From: Camelus dromedarius
Lineage: Eukaryota
Reading direction: 5' to 3'
Assembly (NCBI RefSeq): GCF_036321535.1
Contig: NC_087436.1
Coordinates: 26,290,001-26,354,000, forward strand
Length of the DNA: 64,000 bases
The stretch's first letter is position 1. Each line of letters opens with the position of its first letter. The position numbers and the translations under genes are program-made. Of this stretch, positions 1 through 12,779 are shown piece after piece. Under the pieces are notes generated by a model. It searched no databases, was not told the origin of the DNA, and worked only from the letters and a program-made list of their open reading frames with translations.

Positions 1-565
1 CATCAATGGATGAATGGATAAAGAAGATGTGGTATGTGTGTGTTTACAATGGAATATTATTAAGCCATGGGAAAGAAGGAAATCCTGACACTAAGACACT
101 GTAGATGGACCTTGAGGACATCATGCTGAGTAAAATAAGCCAAATAAAGAAAGGCAAATACTGCATGGTGTTATATATGGAATCTTAAAAAAAAAAAAAG
201 TCAAATTCGTAGAAATACAGAGTAGAAAAGTGGTTGCCAGGGGCTAGGCAGGAGGTAGGGAGGAAATTAGGGAGAGATCAGTAAAAGAGTACAGACTTTA
301 GCTATAAGATGAATAAACTCTAAAGATCTAATGTAAAATATGGCAACTGTAGTTGATAACACTGTATATATAATTTAAATTTGCTGAGAGAGTAGAACTT
401 AGGTGTTCTCATCAAAAAACAAAAAGGTAAATATGTGAGGTGATAAATATGTTAATTAACTAGATGATAGGAGTTCTTGCACAGTGTATATATGTATAAA
501 ATCACTATGACATACACTTTAAATATCTTACAATTTTATGTCAATTTTATCTCAATAAAGAAAAA
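1..565 (+). mobile_element. L1 3' end (ORF2 C-terminus remnant + 3'UTR), L1MA9-like
   Basis: Starts CATCAATGGATGAATGGATAAAGAAGATGTGG (ORF2 'STDEWIKKMW' region), continues through an L1MA-type 3'UTR, ends CTCAATAAAGAAAAA. Confidence 0.85.
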
Positions 566-1213
566 TATTTTATATTACAGTATAATTTCCAAATTATTTA
601 TAATTTTAGAAAGTTAAAATAAGTTGTATACACAAAATTAATGGGATATTATTGTTGAAATAAAATATTTATAGAAATTTTCTAATATAATGAAAAATGC
701 CTATGTTAAATTAGATTCAATAATTATCATGAACTTTCAAAAATGTAATTGCTGTCTTAAAGCAATTAAGTAAATATTGAGGACATTTACTTTCCATTAT
801 TATAAAACTAAAAAAATGTTATGTGGATAATTCACATTTTGTTTTCTGAATTGTGACAAAGAAGGGTTATTTTCAAAAGAATCTTTTCCACTATGCATCA
901 GGGACAATTCAGACAAAGGTATTATAAAAGATAAGAATCCTAAAGGCTGATATTCAGATTTCATTTAGCCCTTAGAATGTTATTATGAATAAAATTATTT
1001 TTTTAATTCTAGGTTTAAAAAAATAGTGCATGAATTTAAATCAGTGTCATCTACAAAAATGGAAGAGAAGTTTTCTATGCTTGCTTCAGTATACTTGATA
1101 ATTCAGTATTTTAGAATATGGAATACACAAAAAGAGAATTAAGAGAACATAGATGTAAGAGATAATGAGAAAGAGAGAGAGAGAAAATGAGGGAAAATGA
1201 CAGAGAGGAAAAA

Positions 1214-1241
1214 TGTGTGTGTGTGTGTGTATATATATATA
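1214..1241. repeat. (TG)n(TA)n microsatellite
   Basis: Directly visible. Confidence 0.9.
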
Positions 1242-2492
1242 TTTAGTAACAAAAAAGAAATAAACAGTTCTTATCAAAGATTTAAGTACCATGTAGTGCA
1301 TGAAACATATTTGTGGGAAATGTGGGCTTTTGCTTTGTTAAAGGAAAATTAAAATTTAAGCAAGTGTACAAAAAAAATCTCTGATGAGGCAATCTATTTG
1401 ATTAAGGATTCAAGGGTAGAAACATTAAAGCTAGGTATGGTTCAAAGCACTCACACCGTCTCAGTGTGGCTTTGCTCTGAGAGCAAGCACAGAAGTTATT
1501 TGATTGATGCACCCTTTCCTTCTCCAGTGTCTACAATTTGCGTTCCAAATGAAAGTCAGGAAACATACACAAGATCATTTTTTGGAATGAAGTGTGGAAT
1601 ACAAATTAAGGTAGCTTAATTTTTTTAAATGCTTGATTTCTATTTTCCCGTCCATTTTTGTTTTCAATTGCCTTATGGGTATGAAGAGTTACTGTTAGTT
1701 TAAAAAAAGAAGTGCTGGTTTTGGATGTGACAAATTTCAAAAGAATAAGATTCATATCAAAGGACCGCATTATCACACAGTTAGGGGGTGAGGCATAAAT
1801 TCAGCAACGTGATTCACTGCCAGTGTATAATAGCAGGATAGCACCTTAAAAACTGCACACACTGCTATGCCTTTTCTAACAAAAATAAAAAGAGCAGATG
1901 AACAAATGGCTACTTTTCTCAGCAGCTCTGTGAGATGCTTAGGTGCTAATGTTTCTAAATGAAGAGAATAGAAGTGCCACAGCTATTTTAGAGACCTTAG
2001 TAGTCAAAAAAAAAAAAAAACCAGTACATTGTTAACTTTTACATGACTCACTTTTAACATAGCTAGTCATTAACCAAGACTTACTTTGGGGTTTTCCTTT
2101 TTTTAAGGCAGTTTATCTTTTGGCTTCTAAAATTAAGTGCTTTGTTTCTGGGAGTGCCAGAAAATGTTGTTGTTACTGTAAAAGAATAGAATACTATAAC
2201 ATTGATCAGTGTATCAATGATGTTTTCCCCCTAGAAAAGCCATGAAAAATATGTTAGATTATCATTAGCTAAGACACCTTGAAAATAGCAGTATTGTTTG
2301 GGTTATAATAAATACAGAAATCTATATAGAATTTTACCCATGTATTGTTTTAAATGAATGCCCACTTATTTTTATAATCCTCATTTTAGAATGCAACGAC
2401 TCTATTAAGACCCTGGGTCATATCGCTCTTTCTTTCTTTTTCTTTTTTTTTTTTTAAAGAATTGCGACATTTTTTTGGTTCTGACTACTTAA

Positions 2493-2508
2493 CCAGAAGG
2501 TGGCAGCA
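2493..2508 (+). promoter_or_regulatory. Candidate CTCF core motif
   Basis: CCAGAAGGTGGCAGCA vs CCASYAGRKGGCRS: one mismatch; lies in apparently unique sequence. Confidence 0.35.
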
Positions 2509-2769
2509 TAGCTCTTTGGTTGCTTGGAAGAAATGTTCTGAAATTTTAAGTAATCAAAAGAACTCCTTTATGGTGATTTAAAAAAAAAAAAGTTTTTCTG
2601 TATGCTTCATGTATTTCTTTTTTTCCATACGATATTTATGCATAGGCATATAATATTTAGGTATTAGTTTTACAGAAGATTAGAAATTGCCTTTTCAGAT
2701 AGATTCTGTGATATATAAGCTGTATTTACAACATCATTTTCATTTTTAAATCATAACATTGTAGACCAA

Positions 2770-2890
2770 TAAAGGGACACTTCTAAATTCACTGCCTCAC
2801 CCTTACCATTTTACACGTTGAAAAAACATAGAGTCCTAGAAAGATAAAGTGATGTGTCCAAGATCAATGTCAGGTAGTTTCAGAAATCAG
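2770..2890 (-). mobile_element. MIR SINE fragment
   Basis: CCATTTTACA...AAAACATAGAGTCCTAGAAAGATAAAGTGATGTGTCCAAGATCA resembles the reverse-complement MIR core. Confidence 0.55.
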
Positions 2891-3249
2891 TTCATCATCT
2901 CAATAAAAACTTACTTGGAACTTTTTTTTTTGTTTGTTTGCACAAATGTTGAAATCTGAACTAGAGAGTATTGACAACTACCCATATTTTATTTTGTTTA
3001 TATTTTATAGTGAAATCTCTCTCTCTTCGTTTATTTGGTAAGTTTATGTTAAACTGTATGGAAAGACCATTGGTAAACAGCTGTATTTTTTTCCTGACCA
3101 TTGACATTCTGAAACCAATAAAAAACATCAGATTAGGTGACTAGTCAATGCCAGTTGATATGACAATTTTAAATGAGGAGATGTCACCTTTGTAACCACT
3201 TGTCTCCAATTTTTCAGAATTGTTATAATTGTTCTTTAGAAGATATCTC

Positions 3250-3810
3250 TCTAAGCTTAAAGCCAAAGTTGTTACAGTGGGCAAGGACCCTAACAAACTG
3301 TCCCTCTAACCTCTTTGGACTCCCCTGGAGCTGCTCCCTCTGGTGCTCATTTCACTCCCAGCACACAGTCTCCAAGCTGTTCTAGACACTGTGGAACATA
3401 TTCCAGGCCAGGCCTAATCTTTTGAATTTACTAAAACACTCTGGTTTCAAATATTTTCAAGGATTGTTTCTTTAGATTTTGGCACAGATATCACCATTAT
3501 GTGAAAATAAGTGATCATTTTATAAAATTACAACTGCCCCCTTGTCATTTTTCCTATCCATAATCTCTGATTTATTTAGTAGTTCATTTGGCTACCTTAA
3601 ATCTGAGAATATTTTGTTTCCAGCAACCAAAGGACTATGCTATTATCAAAATAGGCAAACAATATATTTTGCTTATTAGTTAATTTATTGTCATCCTACT
3701 AGACTATAAGCCTCAAGAAGCCCCAGATTTTGGCTCTCTTGTTTTCTTCCATATCTCTAATACCTAGAATAGTCCCTTGCAAATAGTAATTATTCAACAA
3801 ATTGAATGTT
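3250..3810 (+). mobile_element. L2 (L2a-like) 3' region
   Basis: Ends CTACTAGACTATAAGCCTCAAGAAG...ATACCTAGAATAGTCCCTTGCAAATAGTAATTATTCAACAAATTGAATG, a typical L2 3' terminus. Confidence 0.7.
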
Positions 3811-5789
3811 AGATTTTGCTCTTTTAAATAAAGCCCGTGGGGTCTTTAGAAGAAAGCTGTAAACAAAAGAGATTGCTACTTTTTAGGGTCTAATTAGCTT
3901 AAAGCTTATTTTCTTAATTATTTGTAATTCATACAAAGTATTATAAGCCTTGTTTTGGTGAGTTCTTACATCTTTGCTAGTAATTGATGACTATTGCAAG
4001 TAAAAATAAATGAAAACATTAATAGCATATTATGCTTTCCAGATACTCAGTGATTTTTCTTCTTCTTATTCTACTTTCTTCTTCCTTTTCTTCCCTTACT
4101 TTAATGATTATATAATAAAATACATGAGGTCAAACTAGTGAAGACTGATCTTAGAATTCTAATAATCTTAAGTTTAGATACAGAAAAATATAATACAGGG
4201 CTTATTTTAAATCTTGATTCACAGTATTTACCTTGACAAATATGTTAATGTGCTACCCAGCCTGAGATGAGCAAGTCTACAGTTTTTGTGTGCCCACACT
4301 TATATGATTAGAGTGCTCCTTGGTAGTAAGAAGGCTTCTTTTCATGACTAATCACATATCATCGGTACCTTGTGGCTTTGTGACTATAAACCACCTCAGC
4401 TAGGCTACAAATCAGTGACAAGTGATGTCAGAAGAGATAATGCTAATGATATGTGTGGCATTTTCCCTGTTAAGTGAATATTGATCCAGGATTCTCACAT
4501 TCAGTTTGTAGGGAGAATTTTATTACATAAAACACCTTCTTTTGAAAAACAGACAGTAGATCCTTTGCTTTGGGGTTATTCAAGATTCTCTGAAGTATAG
4601 AATGCTATAATCTATAGCGAGAAAAATACATTAAACAAGCCAGATCAGTTCATATTAAGCTCATACTGCCCTTATTCATTTAAAATATGAATTTTTTTTA
4701 TGAAAGAATGAAACTTTATATTCCACAAACTACCTATGAACACATTAATTGCTCCAGTAATGGGCTTGTTTATGATGTTATCCCCAACAAAGAACTGATA
4801 AAATGGAACTCTCATCACAAAAATAAAATTAAATAAAGCAAAATGTATATTTCCTCATTTAAATCATGCTATGTTTACTGTGACCTATTTTTCTTAAAAA
4901 TAGTAAGGAAGATGAAAATGTGAATCATGCGATGACAGGCAGTTTAACATCTATATGCAGACATAGACAGCTCCTTCAGAAAACAGTATCATGGAATAAG
5001 AAATGAAAGTTATCAAAATCTGTAAAATCATTGTTCTTGCCTTGAAATGAGATCTGGACACTTTATATAAGAATGCAAGTAGCCACTAGCCAGTGTCCAG
5101 AGATGTAGAAGAAATATGATGCAAACTGTAAAAATGCTTATATCAAAAATTTCCATTTTTATATAAAATTTGAAAGATGAATTCACAAAAAATGTTTGCA
5201 TTACAGAGTTTTTGTAGTGGTATTTACTATGTGAATGATCATATGGCATATTGTCACTTTAAATGTTTTAGAGAAAGGGTGTGGGTAAATTAACCATATG
5301 ATGAGGAAAGTAAGCCAATAAGCCACCTGTAGTTTTGTTTGTACAACAATAGCATACACATGTATTTGACACCTCTGATTTTAGACATCACAATCTGTAA
5401 CACCTCTAAACATAAAATGTATATCCATGGTAGACTTCGGTTCCAGCTATGCCAATTAAGTGTTTCCTGGGCGCAAAGCTTAAACGGCACGAGGACTCTG
5501 CATGACAGCAGTCGTGCAGAGAACACACTAAGGTTTTCTGAAAACTTAAAATATAGCCCCTGGCCTGAATAGTACCAATTTTCCTCATGAAATAAAGACA
5601 ATTATCTTTTCTCAGATTAGGAACTTTAAAATAAAGTCAATTTTGACTCTTCCATATTAAAATTATTATTGGACATTATAATCCTAAACAAATCTAGATA
5701 TAAAATTTGCTGAAGAAATGAATATTTTCATGTCATGTTTCAAAGCATGTTCTACAATCCTGCTGTATTATATTCCATTCACACTCATG

Positions 5790-5965
5790 TACCATTTTCC
5801 TCTTTTATACTGTGACTGACCTGTGTTTCTGTCTTCTCCCAGCCAGCTGTGAGGTCCTTGGGTAATGAAACTGTGGCTTTTTGCCATTTTGGCAGTTCAA
5901 GTAGCTAAGATAGTGGCTGGCATTAGATATTATTTGGTAAATGTTCATTAAATGGATAATAAATG
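5790..5965 (+). mobile_element. L2 3' end fragment
   Basis: CCAGCTGTGAGGTCCTTGGGTAATGAAACTGTG...TAGTGGCTGGCATTAG...TAAATGTTCATTAAATGGATAA. Confidence 0.6.
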
Positions 5966-6738
5966 TTCCACATTTTTTTCCTTTTTAAAGCTTTGTAAGG
6001 TGTATAAAAAGTGAACAAATCAAATACTATAACCATTCATATTATTCATATATTATTTTAATATATATGATAGTTATAAACTTCTGTAGAAAATTTTTTT
6101 CATTTATTTAGTCTTTCCATGCTTTTTTATTTCTCCTCTTTTTGTTTTTAATAATATATAAGAAAATGAAACTATTTTCATCAAGGCATGAAATTTAAAG
6201 GGCTTCTTTACAGTGATTTTGATAAACATTTATGAGAGAAATGTGAAACTACTAGACACTATCTCAGTACATTTTGAGAAAGTGATTTATAGTTGCTAGT
6301 TTTACTCCCTTTTTAATTCCTTGTGACTAGCAAGCAAGGACCTGAAATCAGTTTACGTCCTTTTTGATACATTTCATATTTGAATCCAAATACATATACA
6401 CTTTTATATTGCTTGTCAAAAATAATTCCGAGATAAAAATGATTCGCTTTTTCTATTTTTTTCCTAAAATCAAGACCCTTTGTCATTATCTTTCCATGTA
6501 ATATTCAGAATACAAAAGTCTGAGTATGGAAATGATTACATTTCTTTGTTAATATCTGTATTATTTGGTTAAAGTAAGACTTTTTTTAAGAAAAATAAGT
6601 GAAGAAACAGGGGCTTAAAAAGAAGATCTTGAGAAAATTAAAAAGGAACAGAATATATGCTTGTATCGTTGCATTACTTTCATGTCATTACAGTACTTTT
6701 AAATGCCATTAAAATGAGAAAGTTAAATTTATTTCTTG

Positions 6739-6975
6739 TTAAAATTGTTTTAAAACATCTTCTCTTTCTAAATCATTTTTGATGTGAGAACATATATACT
6801 TGTGTGCCTCGCAGGACACTGTCTCACAAGTTGATATCTGCATGTTATAAGGATCTATCTTGGGCTTCCTGGGTATAAAAGGAACCAGCCTGTGAGGCAT
6901 GGTGTTCTTCATTCTGCTCCCTTTGGCCACCAGTACTGGATTGCAATTTTCTGTGGATTCATCAGGCATAGGCAC
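6739..6975 (-). CDS. Candidate orphan coding exon of an unidentified gene (VPMPDESTENCNPVLVAKGSRMKNTMPHRLVPFIPRKPKIDPYNMQISTCETVSCEAHK...)
   Basis: GC-richer unique island in AT-rich DNA; acceptor aaaacatag|GTG at 6976/6975; only one minus frame stays open; weak donor AA|gtatat at 6800/6799, or read-through to TAA at 6739; no homolog recognised. Confidence 0.3.
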   Translation of the reverse strand: MPMPDESTENCNPVLVAKGSRMKNTMPHRLVPFIPRKPKIDPYNMQISTCETVSCEAHKYICSHIKNDLEREDVLKQF

Positions 6976-7155
6976 CTATGTTTTCAAATATACTAAGTAG
7001 ATAAATTTTAACATCAAATATAAAGTTAATAGAAAGGATTTGGTAAGAAAATAATTAAAACATACTAACTAGTAAAATTCTATGTATTTGAAATTTAAAC
7101 TTAAAGATGAATGAAACTATAAGTTATATATATACATAAAACTACAAGTTTTATA

Positions 7156-7178
7156 CACACACACACACACACACACAC
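7156..7178. repeat. (CA)n microsatellite
   Basis: Directly visible. Confidence 0.9.
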
Positions 7179-8844
7179 GTACAAAACCACAGTGCATGTG
7201 TGATGTTAACTTATAATTCTCCCTCTCTAAATGTTAGTATGGCTCTTAGTATGGTTTGATGCAGTATCATTATGTCCTCATTCAGCCCATCCACTGCTTT
7301 CATCTTTTACTGATCCTTTCTCATCTCCTTATGCCAATCTGTATCTTCTTGCATCTGTACAGAAATTATTACTTTTGTTAAGTCTATCTGCTGTCACCTA
7401 GAAGACATTTAAAAACAGAGTCATTCATTTTATTTTTAAATTGTTTTCTCATAATAGTCTTAATTTTATAGCAGATACCCAAGAAATTCTAGAAAATAAG
7501 AAGATGCTTTATAGATTATAGTAAATTCTTCCTTTTGGAAATTTTAAGTTGCATTTCTTGCAAGTGTTTTGGGGATATAGTACTTGTACAAAAATATGAA
7601 TTTTTAAACCACTGCTCTTATCATTATCCTCATCTCATCTAGATTGACTTGTTTTGATAATGAAGATATTGATTGAGAAAAATAAAATATTATTAAACCA
7701 GTAATATTTATAGCATAGCTATCCAAAGCCTACCAATAAGATAAGAACTTATTCAAGTGTGAAAGAACTCTTCCAGGTCTTCTTAGGAAACAAAATTAAT
7801 TGAGACTGTAGTATGTTAAAACTACTCTGGGATTTAAATAGTTAATGTATTATGCGGGGGAAAATAGGCAAAGCTTTACAGGCTTCATGTCCTTAAAATA
7901 CAAGTGTTTAAAATAAGAGTATTTGGGCCATGTCTTCTCAGTGTGCAGCCTAGTTGCTGATTTTATTTCTTTTTTTCCCTGTATTTTTAAAAGATATATT
8001 TACTTAGCCATTTCATCTCTTTATTTGGTGTTGCATGGGTGATTGATTGATGGTTGGTGACATCGCACAAATTGCAACTTATGTCAAACTAGGGCAAAGG
8101 AAATGAGAGGGATCTTGTCATCGTTAAGTGAAGTTTGCTTTAATGCAACTCTTATCAGACTGCCACTTAGTTTTGGGACTATACTGAGAAATGTAGTGCC
8201 TGCCCTAAAATTATATTAAGGAAAAAAGAGCACTGTGTTAGCATACTTAATGTTCTTTTGTAAGTAATGGTTATTCTAATACTGTTGTTTCTCTTTGTGA
8301 TCATATAAAATAATTATCCTTGTCTCTGAGTTTCTCCACCTGTAGTAATGATTCTTACATACTAGTGTGTAAATGCAGGAATATACCTTGACTCATTGTT
8401 GGTTAAAATAGTAGGAAGTACCTAGGAAACAGTCACTATGATGTAAAAATGATTTGCCAGTTGGCCCAGTGCTAAAAAGTACAAATGTTTTACCTTTCAC
8501 ATGTAAAAATATAGTTGCAATTAGATTCATGTATTCACTTTAAAATGATTAAAATGTACCAATTCATTGCAATGTATTACAAAAAGGGAAGTCATCATTG
8601 GGTTAATTTTGTTGGTAGCAGATTATTAGAGTATCTAATAAATATAAATATATTTAATTTACATTATTTATGATAGTAACAATTGATGCCATATATTTCT
8701 ATCAGTTTATTTTCAAAGAGATAAAGATAGAAATTTTTATTTAAAACTGAAGAATTAAAAATTTCTCTTATAGCCATTGTATGTTAAATGGAACCAAACT
8801 TGCTATTTCAGTTTAAACAATATTAAATTTCAAAAAAGATATAA

Positions 8845-10555
8845 GACAAATGTTTCCAGGCTTTGGAAGACAGGTCATGAATGATCATGATTTTGAGAAA
8901 AGGAGAACAAACAAGGCAAACCCCACATGCACTCAGGCTTTCTGTCTAGGGAGACCTTCTCTCACCACAGTGCAGTAAGTTGAAGGCCGGAGTACCGCAG
9001 CCTCACTGAGCTGAGGAGGAGCACTGGAGTTGAGGGCAGCTAACGTGGCTGAAATTAGTAAGGCAGGTAGTAGAGAGAAGAGAGTGTGAAGAGGGAAGTC
9101 TCAGAAATCTGCAGGGCATTCTCCATGTTTCCATGACTGAGGGACAATCTGCACATGTGCAGAAGAGATTACTAGGAGGTTGTAGAGAGTCACTGCTGCA
9201 AGGGGACCAAGAGCTGAGAAAAATACCAGAAACTGTGAAGTGCTGAAACACGTTGGGGTTCTAGCCCAGTCAGATGATAGAGTCCTCCTCGAACTCATAC
9301 ATTTAGTTGAGACTGTAGACTCTTCAAGCTTGGGAGAAAAAAAATATGTCTTTGAATATGAAGCATATCCTGGGGTTAAGGGAAAAACTAAAATAGCTGT
9401 ATTCTAACAAAGAATAAAACCAAGCCTGGGAGCCTGGAAATAATGTGTCAGTACTTTAACTGCCTACTAGCACAACAAACCTAAACACCTTTAAAAGTGT
9501 TGCAGTTTCACTGACATTATTATCCATAGCATCTAACATACAAGAAAAAAATTGCTGGATCTAAAGGGAGCAGTAAATTGTAATCAACAATTGAAAAATT
9601 AACAAGCATACAAAGAGGCAAGAAAATAACCAAAAACTAGGAGAAAAATCAATCAATAGAAACAGAAAAAATCATGACTAAGATGATAGAATTAGCACAG
9701 TGATCTTAAAATAGCTATGGTAATTTCACTGCATATGTTCAAGACTATATGATGAATAAAGATACAGCGGATGTAAAAAAAATCAATCAAACTACTAGAG
9801 ATTTAAAAAAAAAAACATGCAAACTGAAATGAAAAATACACCAAATTTGATTAAGAGCAGATTGGACACTTCACAAGATAAGATTAGTGAAGATGCAAAG
9901 AGAAAAAAGACTAACAAAGTAAACAGAATTTCATATTTTCTGTGAAGTATTATCAGTGAATCCAACATTAATGTAATTTGAGTATCAAAAGTTGAAGAGG
10001 CAGGAAAAAAATTAAATAATGGCATTTTTTGTCAAATTTGATGACAACTACGTACTCACAGATCCAAGAAGCTCAACAAATTTGAAGCAGAAAAAATCAG
10101 GAAAGAAACTGCACTAGGAATAGGAATAGCTTATCTGAATAACAAAAAAAGAGAAAATGCAAGTTTCTGATATTAGTAATGAAAGCAGAAATGTCACTAA
10201 AAATCCTACATTCATTTAAAGTATGAGAAGTGATTATTATAAATAACTTGTGCTAACAGATTTGATGTTAGATGAAATAGAAAAACTCATTGAAAGGCAC
10301 TACCAAAGTTCATCCAAGAAGAAACAGACATTCTGAATCGCTCTAGATCTATTCTTTAAATTAGATTATTAGCTTAAAATGTTCCCACAAATAAAATTCC
10401 AAGTCTAGGTACATTGAATGATGAATTCTACCAAATATCTTAAAAAGAAATAAAGTGCACCTATGAAAACCTTACAACTAGTATGATGCTTAATGTTGAA
10501 TGATATGCTTTCCCTCTAGTATCAGGGAAAGAATAGGTATTATTCACTTAAAACT
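8845..10555 (+). mobile_element. Ancient L1M (L1MC/MD/ME-like) remnant: 5'UTR, decayed ORF1 and discontinuous ORF2 pieces
   Basis: GC-richer 5'UTR-like block (8850-9330); A-rich ORF1-like text (AAGAGCAGATTGGACACT, CAGATCCAAGAAGCTCAAC); ORF2-like text (GATGAATTCTACCAAATATCTTAAAAAGAAATAA, GCTTTCCCTCTAGTATCAGGGAAAG). Confidence 0.75.
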
Positions 10556-11159
10556 ATCAATAAAATATTCTTGATTTTGGTATTTTGTTATACCTTGTAT
10601 AGTATATTGATTATTAACATTTTCATTATTATACCATAAAAAAGAACACAAAAATAGTTCTAACTAGTTAATGGGTGATCTAACTGTACTTAGTTTAGTA
10701 TTTTGGGTCAATTTAGAAAAGACATTCAAGAAAGGAAAGAGATTTTTGTTCCAGTGACTGGGATTAACATTCATATACATTACATATTTAAGTTTTTCTC
10801 AGGCTTATATTTGTATACATTTTGTTCAAATTTTTATATCCTAGTACTACATAATTCTTTGAAGATCAGTGAGTATTCATGTTTAACATTATGTGTAATT
10901 CTGTACCACATTCTATTTAGATCTGGTCGATATTCTGTCAGTGTCTCAAATAAAAATGGAAAACAGAGAAAGAAGAAGGAAAAAACAAAAACCCAGAAGC
11001 CAAAAAATGAATAGAAAGTAATCTAATTTATAGACTACACAGGTGAAGGTAAAGATATACTTGGACCAGCAAGTTCCAGCTGGACAATGGGAATTTGAGG
11101 AATGGGAATTAGGTTCCTGGAAGACATGTAGGCACAGAAATAGGATGAATGATAGGATA

Positions 11160-11590
11160 GTGCATTTGGTGGTGTTTCACCCAGGTCCCTTCTTCAGCTT
11201 CAAGTCACCCATCCTCCAACTGCTGAGCATATAATCTTGATTTCTAATTGTTCACAGCTGTATTCCTCTCTGCAGATCACCTTAGTCACAGGAAACCACT
11301 GCACTCAAGGCTGTTCACCTTTCCAGCAGTGACTAGAGATTGGCTGGTGGGGGAATACTAAGGCCTAATCCTTTGCCTAAATTTGGAACCACCCTGCAGG
11401 TCATCCCAGCTACAGAGCTCCATGTAGGATTAGCTGGAAGCTTGGTTACAAAGGGTTACAATAGTCTCTCTATCTAGTCCTGCTTTTCTCACTTCCTGAC
11501 AGGTCTGTCTCCCAAGACTACTGCCCAGTAAGCATTCTGCACAGAACTTCCTGTTTTAGAACCTGTTTCCACGGAACCCAATGTAAAACG
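11160..11590 (+). mobile_element. ERVL solo LTR, LTR16-like
   Basis: GGTCATCCCAGCTACAGAGCTCCATGTAGGATTAGCTG and 3' end CTGTTTCCACGGAACCCAATGTAAAAC resemble the LTR16 family. Confidence 0.7.
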
Positions 11591-12084
11591 AATGGCCATT
11601 GAATTCAGGCCTGTGGGAGTGCAGCTATTTAAATACACGGCGCTATTTGAAAGGGCCAACTTTTCAGTGGATTGAGTGGTGGACCTGAGAGTGTGACAGA
11701 AGTGTGTGAAATGGACAGGATCACCAGAAACATAGTGGAATGGCTGAATTTAAGTAATAAATACTTGAATGAAAAATATTCCTCGGAAATTCACTTTAAA
11801 TTACTAAATAGGAAGTAAAGTTAGCTTGCAAAAATCATTGATTTAAAAAGAAAGTGGAACAAAATCATTTCACAATTTGACACCTAGATCCTGTGACTGC
11901 CAAGTACATCCTGGCAGTATTGGCACTGAAGCCAGGGCAAGTTTAAAGAATGCCAATGGGAAAAGCTGGTGCCAAGCTAATGCTGAAAATTGCTTAAACG
12001 GAACGCTAATGCCAATTTGCTTTTGCATCATAATAAGGTAAAAAAAAAAGTTAAAATTCAACTTTTACATGATAAACATTTTTT

Positions 12085-12670
12085 GGTGTCCACATCTAGT
12101 TATTTCTGAACTCGTCATCCATCCGTGCTCACTGACCCTTCCTCCCGTATATCTTCTGGGAATGATTCCAACCATCTAGTTTCTAAAACAGGAAATCTGA
12201 TAGCCAATTTAGAATCTTACTCACATAATCCTCACATGCATTCCGTACATAATTCCCAAGCTGGCTGATACCTCTTACTAATGTTTGAATTCATTCTTCT
12301 CTCTCTCCAAATCCATTATTACTTTTGTGATTCTGATCAATATTGGCCAGATTATTTCACAGCTTTCTTAAAGTTAGTATCTTCCAAACCATACTCAAAA
12401 CTATTCCCAGAATGAAAATTTTACATGTAAATTTAATTACGCTATCCTTGTATAACATGTTCAGTGTACTCTCTCTTTAAGACACATCTCAGGCTCCTTA
12501 GCACAGCATAGAAGGCTCCAGTATTCTGTGTATATGTTACCTTTCCAGACATTTATTTTCCCATCAAATCTTATGGCCCAACTACATGATACTACTTTCA
12601 GTTTCCTCAAATGTGGGCCTGCTCACATGATAACTCTTCTTCCTGGAAAACCCATTACTTTTTGTCTCAA
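12085..12670 (+). mobile_element. L2 fragment
   Basis: Pyrimidine-rich degenerate L2 3' region (CTCCTTAGCACAGCATAGAAGGCTCC, CAGTTTCCTCAAATGTG). Confidence 0.6.
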
Positions 12671-12702
12671 AATGATGTGCTTAAGAGTGTGATTTGGAAG
12701 AG

Positions 12703-12703
12703 A

Positions 12704-12779
<76 letters not shown>
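12703..12779. repeat. Compound (TA)n(GA)n microsatellite
   Basis: Directly visible. Confidence 0.95.
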
